Made by a program: the position numbers and the translations under genes
The notes under the pieces: model-generated
Told to the model about the DNA's origin: nothing
Database searches by the model: none
Seen by the model: only the letters and a program-made list of their open reading frames with translations
NCBI GenBank assembly: GCA_032718475.1
Contig: JAUCBJ010004432.1
Span: 1-42,773, forward strand
DNA from: Nemertoderma westbladi
Taxonomy: Eukaryota; Animalia; Xenacoelomorpha
Reading direction: 5' to 3'
Length of the DNA stretch: 42,773 bases
Shown here: one piece after another, positions 1 to 12,565 of the stretch
Position numbering within the stretch: position 1 is the stretch's first letter
How the letters are laid out: each line of letters begins with the position of its first letter

Positions 1-31
1 GGGGGGCACTGGCCACCACTATAGATCCCCT

Positions 32-2788
32 ATGAAAATAGAACTCCTAGAAGGGGCTAAACCATTCTGTATTAACGCTCACCGCCCAATCCCTATTCAT
101 TTCCGTGAAAAAGTCAAAATGGAATTAGATGACATGATACAAAAAGGGATCATAGAACGGGTGGGAGATAGGCCAACGGAGTGGTGCCACCCGTTGGTCG
201 TAACTAACAAACCTAATAGGCCGGGGGAGATCAGAATGACAGTTGATTTAACGAAACTAAACAGTCAGGTGAGACGTATAGTTCACAATTCCCGCTCCCC
301 CTACGAACTCGCATCCGATCGCAAAGCCGTAGTAAAAATATTCTCCGTTTTAGACGCAAAATCGGGATATTGGCAGGTAGAGTTGGATGAAACTTCTCGA
401 GACTTTACTACCTTTATAACTCCTTGGGGTCGATTTCGATACCTGCGAACACCTATGGGGTTTATCTCCAGCGGGGATAGCTACAATCTTCGTGGAGACT
501 TGGCGATAGAGGGGGTGGATCAAGTCAAGAAGATTGTAGACAACATCCTGATCGAGGATACGGATTACGACGAGCATATTAAACGCGTCCGGACCATACT
601 CGACCGTTGCCGAGCCCACGGTATTACCCTACATCCGGGTAAATTCCAGTTCGCAAAAACCCAAGTAAAGTTTGCGGGATATATCATATCCGGGGATGGC
701 ATTGGCGCGGACCCAGGGAAAGTCCGAGCGATTTCCGAATATCCGACTCCGGGGAATATAACAGATCTCCGGAGCTTTATGGGATTGGTGAACCAACTAG
801 GTTGTTTTAGTAGTGAAATCAGCACCCTAGCGGCCCCATTACGCGATCTACTCCGGACAAGAAACGAATTCCAGTGGACCCCAAACCACGAGGAGTCCTT
901 CAGAAAGGTCAAACAGGCCCTCGTGAGTCCACCAATCCTCGCACCGTTCGAGGGAAACCGAGAAACAAGGCTAGAAACTGACGCGAGTCGGCTACACGGA
1001 CTAGGGTATGATTTATTACAACGTCACGCCGACGACTGGAAACTTGTGGCATGTGGAAGTCGATTCCTAAGCGACACGGAATCCCGTTATGCTGTCATAG
1101 AACTCGAGAGCCTGGCGATTAAATTCGGTATACAAAAATGTCGATTGTACTTATCGGGATTACCGTTCACAGTGGTGACGGACCACCGTCCATTGGTTAC
1201 AATATTTAACAAACACTCACTAGACCACATCGATAATGCTAAAATCCAAAAGATTAAAGCGGAACTACAATCCAACTACCAATTCCAGGTCGAGTGGCAG
1301 AAAGGAAAAAAACATCGAATTGCCGATTGTTTGAGTCGATCCCCCGTCGACCCGGGACCCGATGAGATCGACGATGAAGAAGAAAATATTTCGCACCACA
1401 TAGCGGCGATTAACATAGAGCTAACCAATACTGGGGTTATTGCACAGCCGGAGATCAATGACCCATTCATCGAAGAACTCCAGAGGGTCGCCAAAAGAGA
1501 CGAGGAGTATCAGGAACTCGTTGAGGAGATCTCCAAAGGCCATATCTTCCCTTCCAAATCATCGCCATATATCCGCCAATACCAATCGATTTGGGACAGG
1601 TTATCTCTATATAATAGTTTGGTATTATATAATGATAGAATAATTATACCAAACGCATTCCGCCAGGAAACTCTTAACCGACTTCATGCGTCCCATCTGG
1701 GCGTAACCCGAACCAAGCAGCGGGCCCGACAGGCAGTGTACTGGCCCGGGATCGGCAGAGATATCGAGATTTTAATACAAAAATGCGACTCATGCCAAAC
1801 AATCCTACCCAGCCTTCCTAAAGAAACCCTTATGGCGGACCCGATACCGGACAGACCATTCCAATCTGTCTCCACCGATCTATTCACGGTGGGGGGTAAA
1901 CATTTCATGGTTTACACGGACCGCCTATCGGGATACCCCATGGCCCACTAATGGCGGGACGACCCCACAGCGCAACAGTGTGCGTTTGTTATTCGCAAAT
2001 GGTTTGTGGATCTGGGAGTCCCGACTATACTCCGATCAGACCGTGGTCCTCAGTTTGCGCCTGCTAGTTTCGGGAAGTTTCTAAACCGTTGGGGTGTTGC
2101 TTGGCAACCCAGTACTCCACACTTCCCAAGCAGCAACGGACACGCTGAAACAAGCGTCAAACAGATAAAACATCTGCTCAAAAAAATTCCTCATCCAGAC
2201 ATTAATTCAGAGGAATTCCAAGAGGGACTCCTTGAAATGAAGAACACACCTCGCGAAGCGGGATTGTCATCAAGCGAGATTGTATTCGGGCGACAATTAC
2301 GCACTCGGGTTCCGGCGCACCACAGCCGGTACGCGCCGCAGTGGCGAGAACGCGCCGACGAAGCCGACCAGAAAGCGGCCCAGCAGCGCATTCGGACCAC
2401 TGACCATTATAATAAATCCGCCCGAGATCTTAAAAAGATAAAAATTGGTTCAAAAGTCCGAGTGCAAGACCATGTTAACAAAGAATGGAAACACGTTGGC
2501 GAAGTAGTAGGAGTAGGAACTCGACGAGATTATCGAATTAAATTCCCATCAGGGCGGTCTTGGTGGCGAAATCGCCGTTTTATCAGAGTATACCACGAAC
2601 CGGACTTCCTAGTACAAGAACCCACTATTATAGGCCGGGAAACGGAAAGTAAATCGGGAAACAGTAATAATCAAAGTGGAACTAATTTTGTACCAGAACC
2701 AAGACGTAGCCTTAGGGAGCATAAAGAAACTGTACATTTCGGGTCTACAACAGTTCATTTTATAGAAAAAAATAGCAAAAAATTGTAA
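32..2788 (+). mobile_element. Ty3/Gypsy LTR retrotransposon pol (RT-RNase H-integrase), pseudogenised; 5' part lies outside the window
   Basis: RT motifs (VDLTKLN, LDAKSGYWQV, TFITPWGRF, KIVDNILI), RNase H (ETDASRLHGLG, ELESLA, TDHRPL), integrase HHCC (H..HLG...CDSC) and D,D,E (STDLF, RSDRGPQF, NGHAE). ORFs 32-1951 and 2006-2788 are in the same frame, separated by one TAA at 1949-1951. Domain order RT-RH-IN fits Gypsy. Confidence 0.95.
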
Positions 2789-2947
2789 ATGACAAATTAA
2801 GTGAGATAAATTTATATCCAACAATTGGAAATATTGGATTTCGAAACTGAAAGTAACTTTCTCATATAAAATACATATAACTATTCGTATGAGGTACAAT
2901 CGCAATAGGCATTTTTAAAATGGACAAGATTAGCCTATTTCGATCGC

Positions 2948-2962
2948 GAAGGGAAAGGGAGA
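2948..2962 (+). promoter_or_regulatory. Polypurine tract of the Gypsy element
   Basis: GAAGGGAAAGGGAGA, directly followed by TG at 2963, ~160 bp after the pol stop. Confidence 0.8.
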
Positions 2963-3288
2963 TGGAATAGACCCATCAATATTGTATATTGTTGTATGGT
3001 GGTGGTGTTATTTGTCAGTGTTATTACTATACTCTAGTGCCCTGTTACATGGCCTATATTTCATATATACTTATTGTATGCCTAGACATCGGCCTAGTAC
3101 AGACTACAGCCCACAGTGTACAGTAGTGCAGGAGCGCACTACATGCTGACACCTTGTCAGCATCTACAGATCTATATATACGTATTACATATAATATAAA
3201 TGTATTATATTCAATATGTGATTGTTTACATGGATTAATATTATCCCCTCGGGAGTTCGGCCAGACATGAGGTTATACAGTTATACCA
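2963..3288 (+). mobile_element. 3' LTR (~326 bp) of the Gypsy element
   Basis: Starts TGGAATA after the PPT and ends TATACCA (imperfect terminal inverted repeat, TG...CA). The 68-bp tandem array starts immediately after it. Confidence 0.65.
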
Positions 3289-3825
3289 CCAATTGAGAGA
3301 AAGGAGCAGGTTACAGAGGCGGAATTTTCTAACCAAAACAATAAACGATCACTTAACTAATTGAGGGAAAGGAGCAGGTTACAGAGGCGGGATTTTCTAA
3401 CCAAAACAATAAACGATCATTTAACTAATTGAGGGAAAGGGCAGGTTACAGAGGCGGGCCTTTCTAACCAAAACAATAAACGGTCAATTTACCAATTCAG
3501 GGAAAGGAGCAGGTTACAGAGGCGGGTTTTTCTAACCAAAACAATAAACGATGATTTAACTAATTGAGGAAAAGGAGCAGGTTACAGAGACGGGATTTTC
3601 TAACCAAAACAATAAACGATAACATTACCAATTGAGAGAAAGGAGCAGGTTACAGAGGCGGGATTTTCTAACCAAAACAATAAACGATAACATTACCAAT
3701 TGAGGGAAAGGAGCAGGTTACAGAGGCGGGATTTTCTAACCAAAACAATAAACGATCACTTAACTAATTGAGGAAAAGGAGCTGGTTAAGGCCGGATTTT
3801 CTAACCAAAACAATAAACAGTCATT
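3289..3825. repeat. Minisatellite, ~68-bp unit, ~8 copies
   Basis: Repeated AATTGAGGGAAAGGAGCAGGTTACAGAGGCGGGATTTTCTAACCAAAACAATAAACGAT with small variations. Confidence 0.95.
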
Positions 3826-4670
3826 TTACGTAAATTTGATGTAAATATAAATAAACATACTGTATTATATGCAGCACCTACGACGCAGGGAATATTGACG
3901 AAAGACCTAACGACCACACTTGCAGGTCCTAAAGACGCAATACCTACGTAGTGTAATAACGTTTTATGTTAGTTTTAGGTTAGCCTAGTGTATTTGTGTA
4001 ATATTGTATTTGTAACCAAGTAACATAAAGGACCCCCTTGGAAATAATCTGCAAAGTTTTAGTGGTTATCCTACATAGTAGGTGATGTAACAGCCAGTGT
4101 TATCATTTTAGTTTGATTATCAGGTGACAATTTTTTGGAAATGTGACGCATACCCATCAAGACTAAGTATAAGTAGTTTTTTCGAGTACGGATGAGTTTA
4201 TGAACTGATCTGTGCTGTTGGAAGTAGTGATGCCGCTAACCGTAACACTACTCAGACAGTAGTCATGATCCATTATTGATTATAAAACTAATACAGTAAT
4301 AGGCCTAAATTATGTGAAAGGTATATCCACATTTTCCACAATCCTGCAATCCAGTGTGGCCTATCAATTATTTAAAATTTATTAGCACAACCGGTAGGCC
4401 TACCATTACCGTATTTAAATGGTAGGCTACACAGTAGGCCTATAGCAGTACCGGTGCCGGTACCGGTACTAAAATACAGAAATACCTGCTTTATACCTAC
4501 ATCTGTACATACAATACAGCAAAATAGTGCTATATATACTAATACCGGTACTGATAGCCTGAGAGAACAGCAGTAGAGAAACCGGTAGCATGGAACCTAA
4601 CATTAGACTTTTGGAGGACATAAAAAATAAAAAAAAGGACAAAAAAAGAATTTAAACGGACAATAAAAAT

Positions 4671-5299
4671 TATTGCGTTAATAATATGCTCATTAGAACC
4701 GGAATGGCCGATTTAGTGGGGGTAGACACCTTCAAAACAAACGTAGAGCGAATAGTTCTTGAGATATCGCAGAAAATGTGAAGTCTGGCACAAGTATACA
4801 TGCTGCCTTGATGTGATATGGACAAATACAGTAAAAATGATACTTTGAATTATCTCAAGGAATCAAGAATATACACATCACAGAAATGATCGATGTAGTG
4901 GGTGTAGACACCTTCAAAATAAGGGTAGAGTCATTAGTTCTTGAGTTATTTTACAAAATGTCAAGACTATATCCACCAATTAATAGTTGTTATTGAGTTG
5001 ACGCATTCCAAACATTTTTTACAAAAACTATAGTGAATTAATGACTACTCTTTAATTTTGAAGGTGTCTGTATACACTAAATCAATTTGTTGCAGTGATG
5101 TGTTTATTCTTGATTCCTTGAGATAATTCAAAATAAATTTTTTTGGGGATTTGTTCATATCACATCAAGTCTGTAATGTAGACTTGTGCCAGACTTCACA
5201 TTTTCTGCGATATCTCAAGAACTATTCGCTCTACGTTTGTTTTGAAGGTGTCTACCCCCACTAAATTGCGGTTCTAATGAGCATAATATTAATGCAATA
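4671..5299. mobile_element. Foldback/MITE-like long inverted repeat (~270-bp arms, ~100-bp loop)
   Basis: 4691-4800 (CATTAGAACC...GTAGACACCTTCAAAACAAACGTAGAGCGAATAGTTCTTGAGATATCGCAGAAAATGTGAAGTCTGGCACAAG) is the reverse complement of ~5177-5280. Inner arms ~4810-4935 and ~5040-5170 also pair. Confidence 0.85.
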
Positions 5300-5759
5300 G
5301 GAGAACTCAAAGGTGGCCATCGCGAAAATTTAGAAATATCATCACTTGCGCCAAATGGTAGGTTCTGTCCATGTGCCTGTGGCACTAGTTCCCTTGATCC
5401 AAAAATTAAAATTTTGTTTTGGTATCTAACTAAGTTTGGAACCATTTGATGACATTTGATGCATGCAGGAAGTTATTTCTTGAGTCATTGATCTTTGATT
5501 AATGTGTAATATTGCTATAAATTTCAATATGGTGCATCGCGATGGCTCAAAATTTCAACACTGTTGGGATCCATGAAGATATAGACGAAATTTAAAGAAA
5601 TTTTTTTTTCCTTATTTTTTTACCATTTGGCAACTTTTGTGCACCGCACCGGTAGAACAATGAAATCGAAAAAAAGTAAAAAACGCACCGCCCTAATATA
5701 CAGTAGTGCGTTTACTAATCGCAAATACAGCAGTTCATTAGGCCGTTAGGGCAGACTGT

Positions 5760-7750
5760 AAATTAGTAAGTTTTGAAAATTTTTAGCTAGGTTTGTGAGA
5801 ATTCAGTTTCGGTCAAAATTGTTTTATAATAAAATCTAGAGTTTTTGTACTGGTATGTTAGATAACCGCTTAGTTGTTTTATACCATCTGGAGATACATG
5901 GCGAGACAGAGCTTCTGAGTTTGAGGTTTGTGTGGGCCTTCGGGTTCGGTTTGCAATCAGTGAAAAGACTGAAACTTTGGACACGGACGTGGAATCTCAC
6001 AGCAAACAAGGTTAGTTGTTCTGTTGGTACTGTTGTATTTGTGGAAGCAGTAAAAAATTACTGGTTGTTTAACTGCGAAAAGGAACTCAATTTATTAGTT
6101 AGGATAGTTAGGTTTAGCCGGCCCTCCCATTGTCCTAGCTATTTTAGGTTGGTCTAATGGTAGTAGATTTTGTTGGACCAATGTTATAACCATTGCGTCA
6201 TACCTATTTTTTGTCAGTGTGTACCTGTATCAGTGTTCAGTGTATTAGTACACCAGTGCAGCGGTACTGTGCACGTGTTAGTTGATTTAAATGTTTTAAT
6301 CTTCTTGCTTGTTACTTCTGCTAATTCTGTAAATTGTTAAATGTTGATTTCTACTGTTACGCCTTTTGATTACAACTTTGAATAATGATCTTCTTGCATT
6401 GACTCTTGATTTCTTTAATCTTTGTGATTGCGATGTAGCAAATCCTACGAGGATTTTCCCTTTCAACTGTCAGACTGTTTGTAAATGCATGCGCCAAAAC
6501 GGTAACTATTTGTTTTAGCATGACTGGCTAAGGGTACTGGTAGGTGTCGCGGGTGCACTGTGGAAGCGACGGAAGGAGGAGTGGAGGATCCAATGTGGGG
6601 CAACGCTGGCGGGGGGCTGGTAGTTGTGGTCGGGCTAATCAATTAGGGACCGGGGACCGGTCGTCACTACAGTATTTGGGGGCTGACGATCCAGACTTCG
6701 TCTCAACTTTACAGTACTAGGGTAGTAATAGCGGGTTTAGTTAGGAGGACGGCATGTGGCTTGGGTGGCCTGTACTCTTTACACTGGTTGATATACTAGT
6801 TGACACTAGTTGACTAGCGCTGTAAATAGCACTACCAGCTCTGTTGCTAACGCTATTTTGTGTTGTGTTGCTGAAGAGTGCCTGATGTTTGAATGTAAAT
6901 GTTTAGATAGGTGCTACCTTTCTTGATTGTTTTCTATTTCTTAGTTTATGCTTATAAATTGCTGTTAGGTCAAAATAATACAGTATTTAGGCTGTTGCTA
7001 GTATAAATCAGTAACGTAATAATTAGTAATACGTATTCTGGAATACTTCGTAATTAGTACGCAAATCTGTAACTTTGAGACACTGTAGTTTATTTAGCGT
7101 GTTAGAATAAAATTAAGAGTTGTACGCAGCATAGCGGAGAATAATTGGGTCAATTACTCTTAGAAATACCGTAGGATATTCAACTCTAGGCGGTTATTTG
7201 AAAATAGCGGGTTAGCGGGCTGGCAGTGGTAGCTAGTATATACAGTAGTAATATTGCTGGCCTAAAGCCAGCGCAAGGCCAAGTTTTGTCATTAGGACGA
7301 ATAAATAGTCTATCCCATTATAATATTAAAATATTCTCACATTCGACATCATTCCGCCCGATAACTTCCTGTATTTCTCTGTGATAAATGAACGCTGAGT
7401 GCTAGACCACCCGCACTCATATTAAGTAGCTTAGGGAGCCATTTCAGATTTATTGTTTTGGTTGCTGCTGTTTTGGTTTATAAATTCGAACAGTGAGCTC
7501 TCTGTTGAGAAATCAACAGAGAAAGGAGTGAGTGATTGTCAGAGCCGTATAGTTCGTATAGTTCGTATGGTTCGGTTTGCAATCAGCGACGAGACTGAAA
7601 CCTAGGACGCGGATGTGGAATCTCATAGCGAGCAAGGTTAGTTGTTCTGTTGGTACTGTTGTATTTGTGGAAGCAGTAAAAAATTACCAGTTGTTTAACT
7701 GCGAAACTGAACTCAATTTATTAGTTAGGATAGTTAGGTTTAGCCGGCCA
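5760..7750 (+). mobile_element. Long LTR-like sequence (family A); 5' boundary uncertain
   Basis: Ends ...TTTAGCCGGCCA and is followed at once by TGG (PBS-like), then a gag-like ORF. 6340-7530 is collinearly homologous to the reverse complement of 32790-33915. Confidence 0.6.
5945..7749 (+). repeat. Direct repeat pair of ~180 bp (5945-6122 and 7571-7749)
   Basis: Both copies read TTCGGTTTGCAATCAG...CAAGGTTAGTTGTTCTGTTGGTACTGTTGTATTTGTGGAAGCAGTAAAAAATTAC...GGTTTAGCCGGCC; also visible as similar ORF peptides. Confidence 0.9.
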
Positions 7751-8183
7751 TGGTTTTTTGAATCGCTCAAGTTAGAGAGAGAGAGAGAGTGTGTCGCAAC
7801 CCGAAGGTGTAGCCACGCGCTAGTGGATACATATACTATTTGAAATTAAAATTACGTCGATTAGAGCTATATATATAAAATTAGAAATATTTGGGTGACT
7901 AATTCATTTTTGAATATTTTGAATTAGATTCAGAAACTATTTTGTGTCATACCAGTATTTAAATGCTATATAATAGCTATAGAATAATATTTTTGTTTAA
8001 ATATTATACTGGTATTTGCTATAACTATATCCTATTAAATTCACAATATTATATTGCGAATTTATTTAGACATTTGAGACCAACTAATTATTTGACAAAT
8101 AATTTAATCGTATTTTCGATTAAATTATATATATATCAAATTTTGCGAGATTTTGGCTGGAAGGCAAATTATATACTTAGACT

Positions 8184-9260
8184 ATGAGTGTCTCTGAGAA
8201 GGAGGCACTAGAGGACAGCTATGAGACGGCGGCTGGACCGCCGACTGACGATAGCGTCAATATAACTGTTGCCGACAATGCTGACTATGACGACGCAGCG
8301 AGTGACACTGACGTAAGTGAACAGGAGGACGAGACGGTAACCAGTGAGGATGAGCCAGGTGAGATAATAATGTGTGTAATAGTGTAAGTCAGGTAATCGA
8401 ACAGCAACTGGACATCGCGATAAAGAAGAAACTTCGCGCGCATGCCGGACATAGAACCCGGACGACGGACAAGGTAAGGAAGATGCTAGCCGACTTTGGT
8501 AACATCAGAAGGGAAGGGTTAGTAGAGATTAGAAAATGATACAACTCAGCGTTATTCAAGCAGACGGAGGAGCTTGCAGTCCTAGCGAAGAGAGCAGTGG
8601 AGTCTCAGTCGAGCGACGTAGCGACGAGGGTTTACGATAGGGCTTTAGCGGCTTTGTTAGAACATCGCGCGTTATCGGAGCGATTCCGACGAGTTAGGAC
8701 AGTGAACTGGTTGCTATGGGCATCACAAGCGCAGGCGACTCAGGTAAGCGACGCGGAGTCGAGGAACTTAGTGGAGCGGGAAGAGACCCAAGACAAGGAA
8801 GAGCGAAAGTATCAGAGGGAAGTTACCAGCTGGCTGATGCATAGTGGAGTGGTGGTACCGGGTCAGGTGCTACTGACGATGGAGAACATCCAACAGAGGA
8901 CGTTTACTCCACCCGACGATGCATCTAGAGACAGTAGCGATTCTCAGGTTAGTCACGTGCGAGGGAAGGTTATATGCGCTAGATCCCTTGTTTCTCACAA
9001 CTCGGCGGAGGAGAGAAGATGCCGACTAGACGAACTACAGGCGGAGGTTTTGTGTGCATCGGAAGCACGGAAGGAGGCTGAACGGGAACGGGAGCGCACA
9101 CGTAAGTTAGACACGAAGCTGCGAGAGTTGGAGGATATAAATAAGCGTGAGCAAGCGGAACGCAAGCACAAGATACGCGAACTTCAAGTCGAACGCGAGC
9201 GCAAGGTACGTGAACTTCAAACCGAACGCGAGCGCAAGGAGCACGAACTACAAGCCGAAC
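8184..9260 (+). pseudogene. Decayed retrotransposon gag-like N-terminal region (acidic stretch plus coiled coil), 3'-truncated
   Basis: ATG at 8184, frameshift near 8370, in-frame TGA near 8538, then a long E/R/K coiled coil (ERERKVRELQ repeats). It lies downstream of an LTR end plus PBS-like TGG and is cut at ~9260 by an opposite-strand pol fragment. Confidence 0.55.
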
Positions 9261-10482
9261 TTGGCTATCCTGATTGGTAATGATTTCGAGTGTGAACGGT
9301 ATATAGAGACCAGTGGCTCGTGATCCACTACGACCGTAAATTTGGTGCCATATAGATACATCCGATTTGCTAATACCCCGCTCAGTATTCCCAAAGACTC
9401 GCCATCTACTTTGCCATAGTTCATCTCAGCGCTTGTCTTGGCTCTGCTATTATGTGTCACTGGCCTCCAGACATTATGATCCATACCCGGGAGCATATAC
9501 TTCTGAGCAACTGTTGCTGCCACTCCAGCCGGCCCCTCATCTACATAGAGCCTAGTTTCCCGGTTTGGATCGAAGTTAGCCAACACCTGGTCTGACGTGA
9601 GAAGTCCCTTCAGCTCCTGGAAACTCTCCTCGCACTCGGCAGTCCAATGAAATTTAACCTTCTTGGCTGTAAGACACCGGAGTGGTTTAGTGACATCTGA
9701 GTATGTTCTCCCGACTCCTCGATCCTTGTCTTGCTGTGGGCGCATAAAAACCTGACAAAACTGTACTGTTTGTAGGAATGACTTCACCCCTGCTTTGTCT
9801 TTAGGTCGCGGCCAAGCTCTTATATCCTCTACCTTGGCTGGATCTGCCGACATGCCCTGCTTGGAGTAGATATTTCCAAACCATTTAACCTGTGGCATTC
9901 CGAACTGACATTTTTCCTTCCTCAACGTCAGCCCATATTCTCCTAATCTCCAAGGTAACGCCTCCAAGCGTTCATCGTGAATCTCCCCTACACCATGTAC
10001 GACAATGTCATCCTTGATCTGCTGTATTCCTTCCAGGCCTTCCACTATTAGCCGGATCCTCTCGTGGCACTCGCTACTGGCGCTGGAGACACCAATAACT
10101 AGCATATTATATCTGTACAGGCCCCAAGGTATGTAGAATACAAACAGGTCTTTGGACTCATCGTCCATTTCGAACTGGTGAAACGCATGATTGAGGTCCA
10201 CTATGGAGAATCTATCCGAACCAAGAAAGTTGTGCCGCAGCTCTTTTGGGGTTGGAATGGGGAAATGGGAAGTCTTTACAGCCGCTGCCATGGGACGGGT
10301 ATCTAAATTAACCTGAATCTTCTTATCGCTCCAGCTCTTGTGGGTAATCACCACGTTACTAATCCAGCCTCTGGCTGAGCTGGAGGGCAGTGGCCCTGAA
10401 ATTACTCCTTCCCTCTTCAATTCTTCCAGATGTTCCTGAAAGAGTTCCTTGTATTGGAGCGCGATGGGCCTCTGCTTCTGTT
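9260..10482 (-). mobile_element. Ty3/Gypsy pol fragment (RT-RNase H), truncated at both ends
   Basis: QQKQRPIAL...; RT motifs VDLNHAFHQF, QIKDDIVV, KEKCQF; RNase H LYVDEGP, GESLGI, VVDHEPL. No integrase or LTR adjacent. Confidence 0.92.
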
Positions 10483-11995
10483 GGTGTAAAAGCTTTTGCG
10501 TAATTAGCCGGTTATTATCCCCGTAAAGTACTCTGTGGTTGGTTTACCAGGCATAAAAAGGCCGTGTCCTTGCTGTACTGGTGTTTTGGAGGACATAAAA
10601 GCCATTTCTTCTGTATTTGTACTTTAGAGGACATAATCTGCAATTTCGTGACGTAAAAAGCTTGATACTCTTGAAAACAGTGTCGCTACCATGACGACGG
10701 CTAACGGCTGATATTGACACGTTGCCCCATAGCCCTGCTTTCTGTATCTGCCAATAGGATTTGAGTTGGTTTTGATTTTGACCTATCACAGATCTACTGA
10801 ACTGAATTTCCTATCTGTATGCTCATTCTCTGTGGTGGTTGAGATCTTTGTAGAATAAGGGTAGCTGGTATTCTTATAGTTATTCTTATCAGTGTTCAGT
10901 GTTGGTTATTCTAAGCCAGGAAGAACGGCTTTGGAGTATTTTTGTGTTTTTCTGCTTTAGCCTTACACTAGTAGGCTTAATTATAAGGACATATATCCGT
11001 TATCATAACATAACACACCATACCTAATCAAACAACCTGTGCATACTTTATATTGTTATACTGCTATTTACTGTCAGTTCTTCATAATATGGTTGATGAA
11101 TTATTATATTTGGAATAACGATAAATAACCCCGAAACCCAATATTCTTGATATACCGAAGGTAAGAGAGAAGGGTTACATATAACAATTGTGACTTATGT
11201 TAAAGTGGTTTGAAGTGAATCTAATGTTATTTGATAGACCCTACATGATTCGGTCCGTGTTCCTTTTATATGTGACTAAAATCAGTGAAGATCGGCAGAT
11301 TAGTGTGCAGTATTGTGCAGCATTGTGTATGAGTGAGACTGATAACGAAGCATTTCCTAAAGAATGCGCCATATATGTGAATTGTAACTAAGCCATATCG
11401 TTGTGAGTAGTTTAAGTCATAACTCTGTTTATATAGATAGAGCGCCACGTCCTAAAGGAACTGTTAATATTCCCCGAAGGTGAATAATATTGTCAGAGAT
11501 TATATAATACTGTCAGTCGAATAATACATTAGGCTTACATAGCTGTCGAAATCAATCTCCCGGGTATATCCAACGGGTGAATGATCGCGCACAGATTGGT
11601 TTCAACTAGTGTAGTGAATCAAATACTTGTTAGAGGCTAAAGCGATTTATTATCTAGAATACATCCTAATTTGGCGGGTTAAACTGCCAAAGGTCTGAAA
11701 GCGCGAACAATAACGGATATAGCTTCTGTATTGCAGTAGGCAATAAAGCTGAAGTACCGGCAACCGGTACCCAGTAGGCCTGACTACCGAACCACCCGGA
11801 CCGGTACCTACAGCAGTACAGATACAGCAGTATTATTCGATTTTGATAATTATATACCGGTAGGCCTTAATAATTAATCAGGGAGGGCCCGCCCTGGTTT
11901 TTTATTGAGATTTTTACTTATTTCTGTCAAGTTTTTATTTGTTTGTAGGCCAGTATTGAACAGAAGGCGTGTAAGCCTCATCAGATTGTACAGAC

Positions 11996-12565
11996 AATTT
12001 GTAGGCTGATCTGTTGTCTGATTGTTGTTAAGTCTGAACGGATTGCAGTGTGTGTAGATCATCTGTCCGATAAAGAACGGTTAGGAAGTAGGGGCAGCAA
12101 AAGCTGTAAGGTAAACCCCCAATTAAAGAATAAGTCGTACTACTGGGTTAGAACGCATACTACCTAATCATTTCGGAGTCTGCATGTCCTGTAGTTTATT
12201 TAGGCTTGAGAGTAGTCTGCCATTGTTTAGTCTGTACTTTGTTTGTGTAGTCTGTACGGGTAGCGTATAATATTTATTTAGATAATTTGTAGGCTGGATA
12301 GTTGTCTGGCTGTTATTAGGTCTGAACGGATTGTAGTGTGTGTAGAGCCCTTGTCCGATAAAGAACGGTTAGGAAGTAGGGGCAGCCAATGCTGTAAGGT
12401 AAACCCCCAATTAAAGAATAAGTCGTACTACTGAGTTAGAACGCATACTACCTAATCATTTCGGAGTCTGCATATACCGTAGTTTGTTTAGGCTTGATAG
12501 TAGTCTGTCGGTATTTGGTCTGCATTTTGTTTGAGTAGTTTGTACGCGTAGCGTAATATTTATTA
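11996..12565. repeat. Tandem duplication, ~288-bp unit x2, upstream of the BEL gag
   Basis: TGTCCGATAAAGAACGGTTAGGAAGTAGGGGCAGC...GTAAACCCCCAATTAAAGAATAAGTCGTACTACTG occurs at ~12064 and ~12352. Confidence 0.9.

Noticed and set aside
1949-2006. Programmed stop read-through in pol
   Set aside because: The stop lies inside the integrase core, not at a gag-pol boundary; a nonsense mutation is simpler.
3289-3825. CRISPR-like repeat/spacer array
   Set aside because: The variable parts are point variants of one unit, not unique spacers.
7850-8180. Strand-specific C>T hypermutated tract
   Set aside because: A hand count over 7861-8160 gave roughly 28 C versus 36 G, so there is no strong strand bias; AT-rich leaders are normal for these elements.
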